Source: Octopus vulgaris (lineage: Eukaryota). From it: a stretch of 64,000 nucleotides of DNA. The stretch spans positions 44,888,001 to 44,952,000 of the forward strand of contig OX597822.1 in the NCBI GenBank assembly GCA_951406725.2, given 5' to 3'. Below the pieces are notes generated by a model that saw only the letters and a list, made by a program, of their open reading frames with translations, was not told the DNA's origin and did no database searches. This document shows, piece by piece, positions 28,263 through 41,239 of this stretch (its first letter is position 1; each line of letters starts with the position of its first letter). The translations under genes and the position numbers were made by a program.

Positions 28263-28408
28263 GAACAATCTTACTTAGAAATGGATGCGTGCGTTCCGTC
28301 ATATAATAAATTAATAAATAAAATAAAACCTATGCATATATACATACATATATGTACGTACCTACCTCTACATGTATATATACATGCATATATATATACC
28401 CATATATG

Positions 28409-28458
<50 letters not shown>

Positions 28459-28640
28459 AAGATAAAGAGAGAGACAGATGAGTAAACAGGTAAGAGCAAC
28501 GCTTCGTGGAATCATCTTTTCTCACCCTAGATGGACGTGCATACATAATGATTTTACTAGTCTTGTTCCACAGTATTGCTAAAAGCAATAGAGTTTTGAG
28601 TTGTGTTTATGAAACCTGGGCTTGCTTCCTACAACAATGC

Positions 28641-28672
<32 letters not shown>

Positions 28673-28680
28673 GTTGTTAT

Positions 28681-29122
28681 TGAGTGAGAGAGCGGTTCAT
28701 GCCATTACAGCAAATATTCTGCTCAATACCACAGATTTGCTTGTCAGTTGTTTGACTTTAACCATTTGAGGATGTCCCTTAGTGGCTGACGATATGTGCA
28801 TCTCTGATCACGAGCAGAAGTAGTGGGGGAGCATCATAGCCATGTGTTGAGAGGGATTCTTTGGGGTTTGAATAATTCACCTCGTGAAACATGGGTGGTT
28901 CTTTCAACATCCTTAAACAACCCTAATTCATGGACCTTTTGAGCGGGATGGGCTACTCAACCCGAAGAAAATTCTAACTGGGCCCCACCTGCAAGGTCAT
29001 GTGCTGTTTATTTTGATATGAGATCACCATGTCGCGCACATATAGTTGTGATGCATGTGCCTGGTGTACCCTTATCAGACGGGTAGTCATGATGGGTATA
29101 TTGGACTTCGTATATTTTACCC
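28681..29122 (-). mobile_element. 560 bp element, copy 2, 5'-inverted
   Basis: 28681-28705 is the reverse complement of the element's 3' terminus next to (TTA)n, while 28706-29122 is the body in the opposite orientation. Confidence 0.85.
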
Positions 29123-29322
29123 TCTATTATTATTATTATTATTACTTTTTTTTTCTTCTTTCAAATTTTCTTGCATTTCTTGCCGAGTGTCTTCCCGACT
29201 CCTAGGGCAAAGAAACTCATAGTGTATATTGGTAGGCCATTAAACCAAACTCAGTAGTTCGTTCATTTTTTTTTTATTTTTTTTTTTAAAGTTAAATTAA
29301 AATACATGAGCAGCAACAGTTC

Positions 29323-32300
29323 TCACAGCGACAATGCTCTTCTCAATACGTGTGATGTACCAGTTAAGACAATCTTTTGCACTTCTTGCAGGGATGGTAA
29401 GCCAGGGATCATTCTCATATAATTTTCGGTTCCCTTTTTGATCATTCCTAGTGCTCCTACGATCACTGGTATTGTAACCGCCTTGAGATGCCACATTTTC
29501 TCAATTTCAATGAGTAGGTCTTTATATTTTCTGAGCTTGTCAAACTCTTTCGCTGAGATATTATGATCACAGGGGATGCTCATGTCGATCAATAAGCAAA
29601 CTTTATTGTTTTGGTCTTTCACAACAATATCTGGTTTATTGGCCTTGATGGTTCGGTCTGTATGTACTGGAAAGTCCCACAGAATGGTTACATTTTCTCC
29701 TTCAGTTACAGCCTCAGGGTGGTGATTATACCACTTGTCGGCAGTTTTGATATTGTAATGCCGACTTATTAGCCAGTGGAGATATTGGCCAACTCTGTCA
29801 TGTCTTAATTTATACTCCACTGGTGCTAAGACTTTACATCCAGAGATTAGGTGGTCCACTGTTTCAATCATGTCGTTGCAGAATCGGCATTTTGGGTCTG
29901 CTCCATTTTTCATCACAATGGCCTGGTAGTTCCTGGTTAATAGGCTTTGATCTTGAGCAGCCAGGATGAAACCTTCGCTCTCTGCTTTTAGCCCTGAGCT
30001 CCGCAGCCACTGATGGGTTTGCTTCTGGTCAACATCAGCTTGTTTGCTGCGGGTCACATATTTGCCGTGCAGAGGTTTCTCCTCCCACCTATCAGCCAAT
30101 TGCTCGTGCGCTTTTTTCATTGCAATCATTTTCACCTTCTTTGCAACAATAGTTGCCGTACTTCCCTCGGGTTGTTCAGTTTGGGTATCCTGCACGAGAT
30201 CAATAGTAAATTTTTTGCTTTCCTTGATGATAGAATGAAGCTTCTTTCGTCTCTCGTGATTTTCCACGAGCTTTAGCATCCAGTCATTCGATATTTCGAG
30301 ATATTTGGCCAGTCCAATTGTGGTTGTTTTGTAAGCTAGTTCAAATTGGATCAGGCCTCGACCTCCTTGGGCTCTGGGAAGGTAAAGGCGATCTACGTCT
30401 GCCTTTGGGTGGTGCATCCTATTACAACTCAGCAGCTTGCGTATTTTTCTATCTATATTCTTTACTTCACTCATATTCCAGTTCAACACATTGTAGCTAT
30501 AAGTAACAACTGGAACTGCTAAGGAATTTATAGCTAACACCTTGTTACGTGCATTTAGTTCAGATTTCAGGACTGCACGAACTCTCCTATAACATTCCTT
30601 CCTGATTTTCTCTTTCATGCTTGCATGCTGAATACCAGAGCCTTCATTTATCCCTAAATATTTGTATGTCTGTTCTTGCTCAAGCTCTCTTATGACTGTG
30701 TCAACATCTAACACGACTGAATTTGTGGTCTTCACTTTCACTTTCTGGAAAGTGGCCTTGGCACACTTCTCAAGTCCAAACTCCATCCCGATGTCATCGC
30801 TGAATGATTTCACGGTGCGCAATAGGCCTTCAAGTTCATTATTGTCTTTACCATAAAGTTTTAAGTCATCCATATAAAATAGATGGCTTATTTTTTTATT
30901 GGCAATTTTATACCCATACCCTGTTCTGTTTAATTCACTTGTAAGGGGTATTAGGGCTATGCAGAATATTAAAGGTGAAAGTGAGTCACCTTGAAAAATT
31001 CCACAGTTGATGTTTATATTTTCTGAGGCAAGTACTCCATTAGAGTGGTATAATTGGAGATTCGTATTCCACAACGACATATTGTGCTTCAGGAAGTTTG
31101 AAATCACAGGGGAAATTTTAAAGATGTCCAGCGATCTCAAGATCCATGGATGCGGTATACTGTCGAAGGCCTTTTTATAGTCAATCCATGCGGTGCTGAG
31201 ATTTCTGCGCTTGTTGTGACAGTTCTCAAGGATCATACGATTGATTAGCAGTTGATCTTTGCATCCGTAAGAGCCTCGGCGGCACCCTTTTTGTTCGATG
31301 GGGAAAATATCGTTCTTCTCCATGAATGCATATGTTTTCTCCGCCAGGATAGATGTTAGGATTTTATACGTGGTGGATAGACAGGTTATAGGCCGATAGT
31401 GTTTTGGAAGGTTGGTTTCGTTATTCTTTGGGAGTAGGTAAGTAATGCCACTTGCCAACCATTCAGGTGTTTTCTTTGGGTCTCTCAAAATTCCATTGAG
31501 CAACTGAACTAGCTTACCGTGTGCGCACGGGAGCGATGCGAGCCAGAAATTCGGCACCCTATCTTTACCGGGGGATTTCCAATTATGGGCCTTCGTGAGT
31601 GCCTTTCTTAGGTCTGCTATTGTGATGTCTTCCCATGCTTGTTGTTGTAAATTTTGGTAGGATCCTTCAGTTTGTATAATCCAGTCTGCATTTATGTTGT
31701 ACGTCTTCTTGTCACTCCAAATCCTTTCCCAAAAGTTTTGAACTTCTTCCATGGGAGGGGTGTCTTTAACGGTTACTTTCTCCTTCCCTATTTCTCTGTA
31801 GAATTTTTTGGCATTGGATGTGAACAGCTTATTTTGCTTGTAAAACTGGTTTCTCTTCTCAAATCTTCGTATTCTTTGGGCTTTTGCTTGGACTTTTTGT
31901 TTCAGCGTTTCTTTTATTAATATCAGTTCTTCTCTTGGTGAGGATCCAAATTTTCTCTTCATCTTTCTTCCTGTTCTGGATCTTACATCATTTCCACATA
32001 TTAGTTCATTTAATATTGATATTTCCCCTCTCATAGATTCAATCTCTTTTTCAATTTTACTTCTCCAGGTTTGATTTCTTCCCAGGTTTTGTTTTCTTTG
32101 TTTTTTCGGGGGCATACAGCTGGTTTCAATTGCCCTAGCAGAAGCGTAAATAATTTCATTTAACTCAGTAAAATCAGGTTTTAATTCTCGTATTATTTCA
32201 TTTGTTACATAGTTGCCAATTTGGATTTGTTTTTTATTTTGGTTTGTATTTGAGAGTTTATGAAGCGGTTCTCTATCTTTCATACTTGTATGTTTTACAA

Positions 32301-32340
32301 CTTCAAGCGTATTCAGGATTTTTTGCCTCATTTCTGCCAT
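29323..32340 (-). CDS. Reverse transcriptase + CCHC zinc knuckle + restriction-like endonuclease (1005 aa part of a ~1229 aa ORF)
   Basis: KSPGKD, YRPITCL, WIDYKKAFDS, GIFQGDSLSP, FYMDDLKLY, YKYLG, GGRGL, CRFC..ETVDHLISGC, RHD, KPDIV, LIDMSIP, KYKDL. Confidence 0.95.
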   Translation of the reverse strand: MAEMRQKILNTLEVVKHTSMKDREPLHKLSNTNQNKKQIQIGNYVTNEIIRELKPDFTELNEIIYASARAIETSCMPPKKQRKQNLGRNQTWRSKIEKEIESMRGEISILNELICGNDVRSRTGRKMKRKFGSSPREELILIKETLKQKVQAKAQRIRRFEKRNQFYKQNKLFTSNAKKFYREIGKEKVTVKDTPPMEEVQNFWERIWSDKKTYNINADWIIQTEGSYQNLQQQAWEDITIADLRKALTKAHNWKSPGKDRVPNFWLASLPCAHGKLVQLLNGILRDPKKTPEWLASGITYLLPKNNETNLPKHYRPITCLSTTYKILTSILAEKTYAFMEKNDIFPIEQKGCRRGSYGCKDQLLINRMILENCHNKRRNLSTAWIDYKKAFDSIPHPWILRSLDIFKISPVISNFLKHNMSLWNTNLQLYHSNGVLASENININCGIFQGDSLSPLIFCIALIPLTSELNRTGYGYKIANKKISHLFYMDDLKLYGKDNNELEGLLRTVKSFSDDIGMEFGLEKCAKATFQKVKVKTTNSVVLDVDTVIRELEQEQTYKYLGINEGSGIQHASMKEKIRKECYRRVRAVLKSELNARNKVLAINSLAVPVVTYSYNVLNWNMSEVKNIDRKIRKLLSCNRMHHPKADVDRLYLPRAQGGRGLIQFELAYKTTTIGLAKYLEISNDWMLKLVENHERRKKLHSIIKESKKFTIDLVQDTQTEQPEGSTATIVAKKVKMIAMKKAHEQLADRWEEKPLHGKYVTRSKQADVDQKQTHQWLRSSGLKAESEGFILAAQDQSLLTRNYQAIVMKNGADPKCRFCNDMIETVDHLISGCKVLAPVEYKLRHDRVGQYLHWLISRHYNIKTADKWYNHHPEAVTEGENVTILWDFPVHTDRTIKANKPDIVVKDQNNKVCLLIDMSIPCDHNISAKEFDKLRKYKDLLIEIEKMWHLKAVTIPVIVGALGMIKKGTENYMRMIPGLPSLQEVQKIVLTGTSHVLRRALSL

Positions 32341-32601
32341 AGACTCTCTGTGTTCTTCAGCAAATGCGAGATCTTCAGTTACTGTTGTTTTTTCGTTTTC
32401 CTGGCTATCTTTAACAGGTACAATAGAATTTCTTGTATCTTCAGGCCTTTTCGTACTTTGGTCAGATGGCAGTCTTTCAATTAAGACTCGTGGCGGGCTA
32501 TACTGTTCATCTGATTCTTCATTTCCTTTGTGTCTTATATTTATGTCATTTTCCGTTGCGTGCTTGATCGCACTTATTTCACTGTCTGTGAGTCTGTTAT
32601 T

Positions 32602-33012
32602 TCAAAAGATATCCCTCCTCACATTTGCTAATTTGTTCTCGTCCAAATAGGGCCTACTGTCTTGATTCCGTGTTCTCCATATACTGTAAGAGTTTGCGGT
32701 GTGTCTCTCTTGAGATGGCCTACCTAATGCATAGTAATAAGCGTATATTACTTCTTTATACTCTTCTCGGGTCCATTTGTTCCGCTTACATTTTTCTTTC
32801 TGTGGTGGTTGTGGTGGTGAACTTGGAGGGCTCGAGTTGGGGGATTTCCCGTTCAAGTGACCATCCATGTCCGTATTCGGAGAAGAGTTTGTGCCAGTTG
32901 ATGACTTTTCGATCCCAGGCTGGCTCTTCCCTGGGGGACGCGCTTCCAGATTAACCATAGGACAAGCGATTTGGTATACTGATTTAGTTTTCCTTTTAGT
33001 TTCCAAAAACAT
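32602..33012 (-). CDS. N-terminal part of the same Dong ORF, in frame and separated by one TGA
   Basis: KWTREEYKEVIYAYY...ENKLANVRRDI is typical of R4/Dong N-termini. The 33012-32340 offset is 672 nt (multiple of 3), and the interval after the TGA is open. Confidence 0.85.
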   Translation of the reverse strand: MFLETKRKTKSVYQIACPMVNLEARPPGKSQPGIEKSSTGTNSSPNTDMDGHLNGKSPNSSPPSSPPQPPQKEKCKRNKWTREEYKEVIYAYYYALGRPSQERHTANSYSIWRTRNQDSRPYLDENKLANVRRDIF

Positions 33013-34059
33013 TTTGGTGCTACGATAATGTTATCATTTTTTAGCTTTGATTGGCTTGTGGGGAGACGGCCATCATTGCCGTTACAATTATAATCGTACC
33101 ATTATAGCAGCCGTAGTCGGCTTATTATTGTTATTATCTTCACCATTACCATCACTATCATCATTATCACCACCATTACCATCATCATTATCATCATCAC
33201 CATCACCATCACCACCATCATCATCAATGATATTGTTTTATGTGTAGTCACAGCAGTATCTTATTATTGTTATTTTTGTTTTTTTATCATTATCACCATC
33301 ACAGTAGTGTCTGTCTGTCTCGTTGGCTGGCTTGGTGGTTGGCTGGCTGACTGTCTTCAATGCCAGAGTTCTTGCCTGTCAAATAATACTTTCATATTTG
33401 GTTAACAATAGAGCCGAGGTGAGGTTTCTGTGTGTGTGTGTGTGTGTGTGTAGATAGATAGATAGATAGATAGATAGAATATCAGCACTATTACTATCTT
33501 TTTTTTTTTTTTTGGGTGGGGTCAAAAAAAGTTCAGATGTTTACTACTATTAGCCTTAAGAAAAATTAAGGAAGGGCTGTTCTGTATGTGAATAGAGAAG
33601 TTGTGTTCGACCAGAGAGAATCTTAGCATCATCATTTTTTTCCATGTGCGTTTGTGTTATTGCAATAAAAAGTGTTTGTATATTTCGTGTAAGGTAATAT
33701 TGTGGAGGTTGAAGTTGACTTTTCTAGAGATGTTTGTATGTCCAGTTAGAAGAACAGGTGTGTTTTTGCAATAAAATGTATATGTTTACATTTATATTTG
33801 AATATTCAGGGAGGAAGCAAAGAAAAGTCAGATTTTCATAGAAAGTTTTACGGTTTTGAAAGTCCACAAAAAGAAAAGCGTGATGTTTTTAGAGAGAAGA
33901 AAAAAAAAGGATGTTTACAGAGGCAATTGTGGGTATCAAAGTTTTTAAAGCTGGTCGAATGTATGATTGAAAACTGTAGATATGTAAATTTGTAAATTTT
34001 CTTAACTTATTTTGAAGGGCTGTTCTGTATTATTTGTGAATAGAGAAGCTGTATTCGAC

Positions 34060-34164
<105 letters not shown>

Positions 34165-34184
34165 CATCATTATCATTATTATTA

Positions 34185-34256
<72 letters not shown>

Positions 34257-34259
34257 CTC

Positions 34260-34320
<61 letters not shown>

Positions 34321-34339
34321 CTCTTTATTATTATTATTA

Positions 34340-35540
34340 TTCCTCTTTATCACAGGTTTTGTTGGAGCTCCTGGAGTCTTGCATGCGTAGCCGGCTTCCT
34401 ACGTACAACCTACCCATGTTATTCGTTCTTTTCAGCTACCTAATACATTCCCCATTATTCTGGCCGTGCCAAGGAGGCAAATCTTTTGTAACAGTTCTAC
34501 CGGGCACTCTATTCCACTTTCCTTTATATTCACCTTGATGCCTTCTGATACTGTTCCCAGGGACCCAATAATAATTGGCACTAACGTCACCGTTTTCCTT
34601 TTCCGTAGCCGGGCTATTTCGTACTTAACAGGGTTACATTTATCTTTTCGCCTTCCTTCTTCACTATTTGTGGATCAAAGGGGCATGCAACATCAACTAT
34701 ATAGAATATGTGGTGCACCTTGTCCACCACCACTAGGTCCGGTCTGTTATGCTCTTAGACCTGATCTGTTTGGATTGGGAAATCCCAGAGGATTTTGCTA
34801 GTCTCCGACTCCGCCACTCTCTGTGGTTTGTGCTTATACCACGTCTTGCTGCTTTCTACCCACCACTTTACGCACAGTTTCTAATGTATCTCTTTCGCTA
34901 CCACATCGTGTCGCCACAACTTGTATTGGTTTTGGGTAAGTCTTGGCATTCGTTCGTGATAAGGGAAATGTTTTCATCCACTCTGTTGTAGATGCGGTAC
35001 AGCGAAGACACTTGCTCATTCCTATGGTTGACCCTCCAGTTCGTGGCCAAAGCTTGGTCTTGCGCTGCAATTATAGTGCTCTCGGTCTCCTTTTTTAATG
35101 GTCCTCTCATCAGCCAATCCCACCGAGTTTTTCCAGAAACTTCTGTTCTGGTTGCATGGAATTCATTGTGTAGTCCCTTCTTACATAATACTTCATGTCC
35201 TTTTTATACTTCTTCCTTTGCTTTTCCTTTTTCCTTGCTCTCAGTACTCCCTCGTTCCTAACTATCAAAGCAAGGTTTCCTTACTTTGGTTTAGGTATCT
35301 CATTAAGCTCTCGAATTCGATACGCACGCAGTCTTCAACACTTATCAGTACTCTTCCTCCATTTGCTCTCTTCATGTATAGGTAATCAGTGTCTGCACGT
35401 AGATGATGGGTTCCATGCATCGTTAGGAGCTTTCTTGACTTACTGTCCATCTCCTTTAGCTCTTCCTCTGTCCACTTCAGGATTCCGTCCTACACCCAAC
35501 TACATCGACTGAGTTTATTGCCGAAATTATGTTTCAAAAC
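34340..35540 (-). pseudogene. 5'-truncated Dong/R4-type LINE (same family as 22653-23060)
   Basis: RKLLTMHGTHH.RADTDYLYMKRANGGR, LKKETESTIIAAQDQAL and an RLE region. 3' end followed by the (TAA)n tract at 34061-34340. Confidence 0.85.
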
Positions 35541-35545
35541 ATAGC

Positions 35546-35752
35546 TATGTTCCCCCACTACTTCTGCTCGTGATTAGAGATGCACATACTGTCAGCTATC
35601 AAAGACATGTTTGACTGGTTACGGTCAAACAACTGACAAGAAAATCTGTGATATTAAACAGATTATTTGCAGTGGCCCATCTTTTATACTAAGACAAAAC
35701 ATGTAAATGATAAAACTTCCAATCAGTTAAACGAGAGGCCATGAAAACCAGT
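35546..35752 (-). mobile_element. 5' part of the 560 bp element fused to the Dong fragment
   Basis: Reverse complement matches ~11115-11325. Confidence 0.75.
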
Positions 35753-35764
35753 AGCTTATTATAG

Positions 35765-35925
35765 GGGTATTTCGCCCATCGCTACGTTCCGAGTTCAAAT
35801 TCCGCCGAGGTCGACTTTGCTCTCATACTTTCGGGGTTGATAAATTAAGTACCAGTGAAATACTGGGGTCGATGTTATCGAGTAGTCCCCTTCCCCACAT
35901 TTCAGGACTTGCGTCTATAGCAAAA
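35765..35925 (+). mobile_element. SINE family B (5'-truncated)
   Basis: gagttcaaattccgccgaggtcgactttgc core. Confidence 0.8.
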
Positions 35926-35928
35926 AAG

Positions 35929-35985
<57 letters not shown>

Positions 35986-37102
35986 AAAGAAATCATTATT
36001 ATTATTAATTCCAAAGCGACTGCGGATGAGGGGACATCAGAAGAAGTTACAAGTATAAATGTTAGCTATTGTTGTGATGGTGAGAAGATTAGTTCAGAAA
36101 CAAAGGTGGTGGTGGTGGTGGGGGGTAGTTGGTGTTGGTAGTGGAGGTGGTGATTGTGGTGGTGAAGCTGGAACTGTTGCTGGTGGTTGAGAAGGATTAG
36201 TAGTAGTAGCAGCAACAGCAGCAGCAGCAGAAACAACAGCAGTAGTAGTAGTAGTTGTTGTAGTAGTAGTAGTGGAAGAAGAAGAAAAAATGAGCATGAT
36301 CATAATGATGATCATGATGATGATGACAATAATGATGATGGTGGGAGTAAATTAAATATGGGAAGAAAATAAATAAAGGGGAAGATGTAGAGAAGTAGGT
36401 AGAGGAAGAAGACGAAGACGAAGAAAGACATGAGTGACAACTACAACCACAGCAGTAGCAGCAACAACAACAGCAACAGCGATTACCATTGCGATAAAAG
36501 CAACGATGTCGTCAACAACAACGACAACTACAAATGCAAAAGCAGCAATTCTGAAAAGAATAAAAATAAAACCAAACATTAATGGAAGATAATCTATTTT
36601 ATTTTCAATTTTGTTGTAATCTATGAAAGGAAATTTTCAACATGGACGCTATAAAGAAAAATACGAAAACAAAAAGAATGCTACAAAAGAAGTAAAACAA
36701 AACCGCACTGATTATCTCCCTTGGCTCCAGAGGTATCTAATCTGTCTGTGCTGCTCTCACCTCCTTTCCCCCTGTCCTTCATACATAGATACATAGATAC
36801 AGACAGATAAATGTGCGAAATCTTCTTTTGTAGGTAATGACGTCATCCGCGGAGACTTTTGTGGAAATTTTGTCTCCTTTGTAAATAAATGAATGTACGG
36901 GAGAAAAAATGTTGACACAAAATAAAAATGTTTTGTTTCATCTTTTGTGAAATACTTTATTGCAATTTATATATGCATGTATTTGAGTGAGTGCTGTGTG
37001 CGTATGTGGTTGTGAATATATGCATATGTGTGTGGTTATAGCTTATATATATATGTATTTATATACGCATCTATATACTAAATACATGATTGTATATATA
37101 CG

Positions 37103-37151
<49 letters not shown>

Positions 37152-37368
37152 CATACATATATACATGCATATATCTATGCACACATATATACATGCATAC
37201 ATATATACAAATATATACATATATATATACATACAAATATACATATATATACATATATTTATATATATATACATATATTTATACATATGCATATATATAT
37301 AAAATATATGCATATATATGCACATATATATAGATATATACATATACATATATGTATATCTCTATCTC

Positions 37369-37764
37369 TCTATATATAAACGGCAGTTTGTCTGTCTGTG
37401 TGGCTGTCAGGTTGTATTCTCACCCTGACCACGGCTTTCAACCGATTCTAATGAAACTTGACACACACATAGCCCAATGTCATAATTCAAAACTAACGCA
37501 GCGAAAATTTTGAAAAGTTCCCCCAGTTCTGAGAAAAATCGATAAATTCGACATGGGGTCGAGAATCTAAGCTTTTTATATGCAACACATTTTCTGTCGG
37601 GAAACAGCTAGGAACATCGTATACATAGAAGTATTCCAGTGAAGAGAAGACATTGCGACCTACACATGCGCCTTCGTTCCCTAGAGAGAAAGAAATATAT
37701 TGAGATTAGTCGTTGCCTACTAGGGGCTCTTACATACCCGGGCAACGCTGGGCTATGCTGCTAG
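37369..37764 (+). mobile_element. Non-autonomous Helitron
   Basis: 5' TC-TATATATA, then (GTCT)n, a 3' hairpin cccgggcaacgctggg and terminal CTAG|T at 37761-37764. Confidence 0.8.
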
Positions 37765-37765
37765 T

Positions 37766-37829
<64 letters not shown>

Positions 37830-38196
37830 ATACATATATGTGCAAATATATATATATATATACGTATATAGATGAAATAGATCTATATATCATATTATCT
37901 ATACACATACCTTGCACATATATGAATACATATTTAGGTATGTGTCTGGGTATGTGTGAATATACACATGTGTGCGTACGTGCACGCGCGTGTGTGTGTA
38001 TGAGCGTATGTGAATGGGGGCGAGGAGGCAGATGCGATGTCTGTGTGCTACAAGTGAAATTAGAAATACTTATTTACGTAAAGTTATGGAATATATCTTG
38101 GTAAAATTTTTTACACTACATACGTAGTAGCACACGCACATACACACAGATACACATACAGATGCATATGCATGCACACACATTCACATGCATAAG

Positions 38197-38227
<31 letters not shown>

Positions 38228-38317
38228 GTACATAGATATGTATATACATGCTCATACATATTGAGTCATGCTCACATGTATATAAACATATGAATATATG
38301 TGTGTGTGTGTGAGTAT

Positions 38318-38382
<65 letters not shown>

Positions 38383-38618
38383 CATATGTATAAAGAGAGA
38401 GCTAGACAGTGATACCTGTGTGTATAAATACATACATACATGCACACAACCCAACATATATACATGCATACATAACATACATAAACACATACATACATAT
38501 AGACATGCATACATACATGCATACACACATATATACATTCATACATACGTACACACATACATACATTCATACACATACATACTTATATACATGCATACAT
38601 ACATACAGGCATACATAC

Positions 38619-38649
<31 letters not shown>

Positions 38650-38789
38650 CATACATACATACATACATACATACATACATACACACACACATACATGCGT
38701 AAGACGTTTAAGAATCCATGAACGTTAAAGTTGTTGGTCCTGGACTTGACGCAGGGGCAGGATGCTCATGCGGAAGTTACATGTCATAT

Positions 38790-39008
38790 TTTTTTACTCT
38801 TTTATACTTTTTAAATCATTTGACTGCGATCATGCTGGAGTACTGCCTTTACTCAATCGTTTGTATTTTTGGTACTTATTGTATCAGACTCTTTTGCCGA
38901 ACCACTACGTTTCGAGGACATAAACACACCACCATCGGTAGTCGAGCGATGATGGGGGACAAATACAGACACAAAGACACACACGTAAATAAATAAATAA
39001 ATAAATAA

Positions 39009-39071
<63 letters not shown>

Positions 39072-39235
39072 CACAGATATATACAAGTCGGGCTTCTTTC
39101 AGTTTCCGTCTATCAAATCCACTCAGAAGGCTTTGGTGGGCCTGAAGCTATAGTAGACTATACTTGCCCAAGTTGTCATATAGTTGGACCGAACCCTGAA
39201 CCATGTGGTTGGAAGGAAGCTTCTTATCACACAGT
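38790..39235 (-). mobile_element. SINE family A
   Basis: Reverse complement of the family A head and tail with a central microsatellite. Confidence 0.8.
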
Positions 39236-40039
39236 CAACAAGCGATCAATGCAACGCAGAGACCGTTATATATAATGTCAAAGTAACGCCAAAGCATCCC
39301 AACCGGCTGACCAGACGTGTGGAAATACGTGTGAGAGTGACACAGCACCCTTCTGAACCAGAATTAACAACCACAAATACTCCTTTAACACCTAGAAAAA
39401 TCTACATGTCACAGATGTAGCAAGATATTCACGGTCGTTGAAAGTAACCGCTACATATTACAGCATGTAGCGTAGAATACCAATTAGGCATGTACGAGAA
39501 AGGAATAATTCTAAAGAACTTTCTTAACCCAAGTATTTACCTCATCTTTGAAAAGTAAAATATTCCGCTACTGCCCTCATGAGCGGAGATTTGTACTTCG
39601 ATAATGGAGGATTGCATCGTGAATATAAACGTTAGCGCTTCCATCATCAGTAATTCCTTGAACCATAATCTTGACCCTTCCCAACCCCGGTTCATACATA
39701 CCTACCTCCAAAAGCACATACATAATCCGAAAGCTACTTCAATTCCAACCTCAGTCCCAATCTACAGATCCTTTAGAAGGAGCACAGCTCTAACACACAA
39801 AGAATATTTTTCTCTAAATGTTTATCACGCATTTTTAGTTCCCATTTTTAACAAAACACACATTCTGAATGAGATTGGCTCTGATTTCCAGTGTGACAGT
39901 CACCTCCGCATACTTTTCAGGTCATTGTGTTCTGAGCCGTTACTGGTTTTCCCAAATCTTCGTATAAAAAACCTATTAGTAAAATGGGCCGAAATGGATC
40001 AATAATTCTATATAGTATTGTATCGTATCGTATAGTATA

Positions 40040-40104
<65 letters not shown>

Positions 40105-40357
40105 TATATACCAATTATATACGTTTTTATTATTTTTTTGCAATTAACTTAATCATCGGTATTTTATTGTTATTTTAATTTTAATATTTTTATTATATGT
40201 AATTTTCTAGATGGTATAATTTAATTGTTCATTTTGAATTGATAAAAGGTGTTATTTTCTAATTTATATATACATATTATATTGTGTGAAATTTGATTTA
40301 TTATTTCTAAATTGAATTTTTTTCCCTGTAAGTTAGGATTAATATTCCCTCAAATAA

Positions 40358-40414
<57 letters not shown>

Positions 40415-41081
40415 GTAGGGAATATAATTCCAAACTTACAAGGACAATTTCAATTTAGCAATTCTAAATAAAATAAAATATTAAAATATTCATGAAAAAT
40501 AAAATCATGACTTATCTTATTGAAAAATTCCAGTTAACTGAAATTTTAAATGTTAAACTTAGAACATAGCGTTGCTAAGAAATTTATCACGTGAAAACAT
40601 GACGTAAATAATAACTATAAAATACATAGATACAAATATGTTATTTTAGCTGTGAAAATAGCAATATGTATTTTAGCTATCCAAATAGAAGTAAACTACA
40701 TGTAATTTACCATTTACTGGAAAAATTCCAAATTCTCAATAATTTAAAATTAAAATACGTAAAATACATATTTATTATTATCGATTTAAAGATATGGCTA
40801 CGAAACGCGCGAAGTCAATTTAATGTTATTTAATTTAGTGATTTTTTAATAATATTCATTACAGTATATTTAAATTTTTTGTATAGATTATAGATAATGT
40901 CTTTCACTATTGAATTACTTAATAGAGGTTATTTCTTTTAATTATATATATATATCGAACTCTCATGTACCAAATGGCAGTTGCTAAAAAGCTTTCGTGA
41001 AGTAAAACCATGTAGCAACACCAAATGGCGGTGCCCCAGCATGGCCACAGCTCATGAGCTGAAACTAGAATCAATCAATCA

Positions 41082-41198
<117 letters not shown>

Positions 41199-41239
41199 AT
41201 AAGAAGCTCATGTATGTATTTATGTTTGCGTATGCCTTT

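Larger units (their letters stand above)
29126..33030 (-). mobile_element. Near full-length R4/Dong-clade non-LTR retrotransposon
   Basis: Single long reading frame, ~180 nt 3' UTR ending in an A-rich run plus (TAA)n. The 5' boundary is approximate. Confidence 0.93.

Noticed and set aside
36838-36845. TGACGTCA (CRE) near a ttttgtag acceptor-like site
   Set aside because: A single 8-mer is expected by chance in 64 kb, and there is no exon or promoter support.
39604-40005. 133 aa non-repetitive ORF
   Set aside because: No recognisable motif or splice context. The CTGATGA on its minus strand lacks a matching GAAA.
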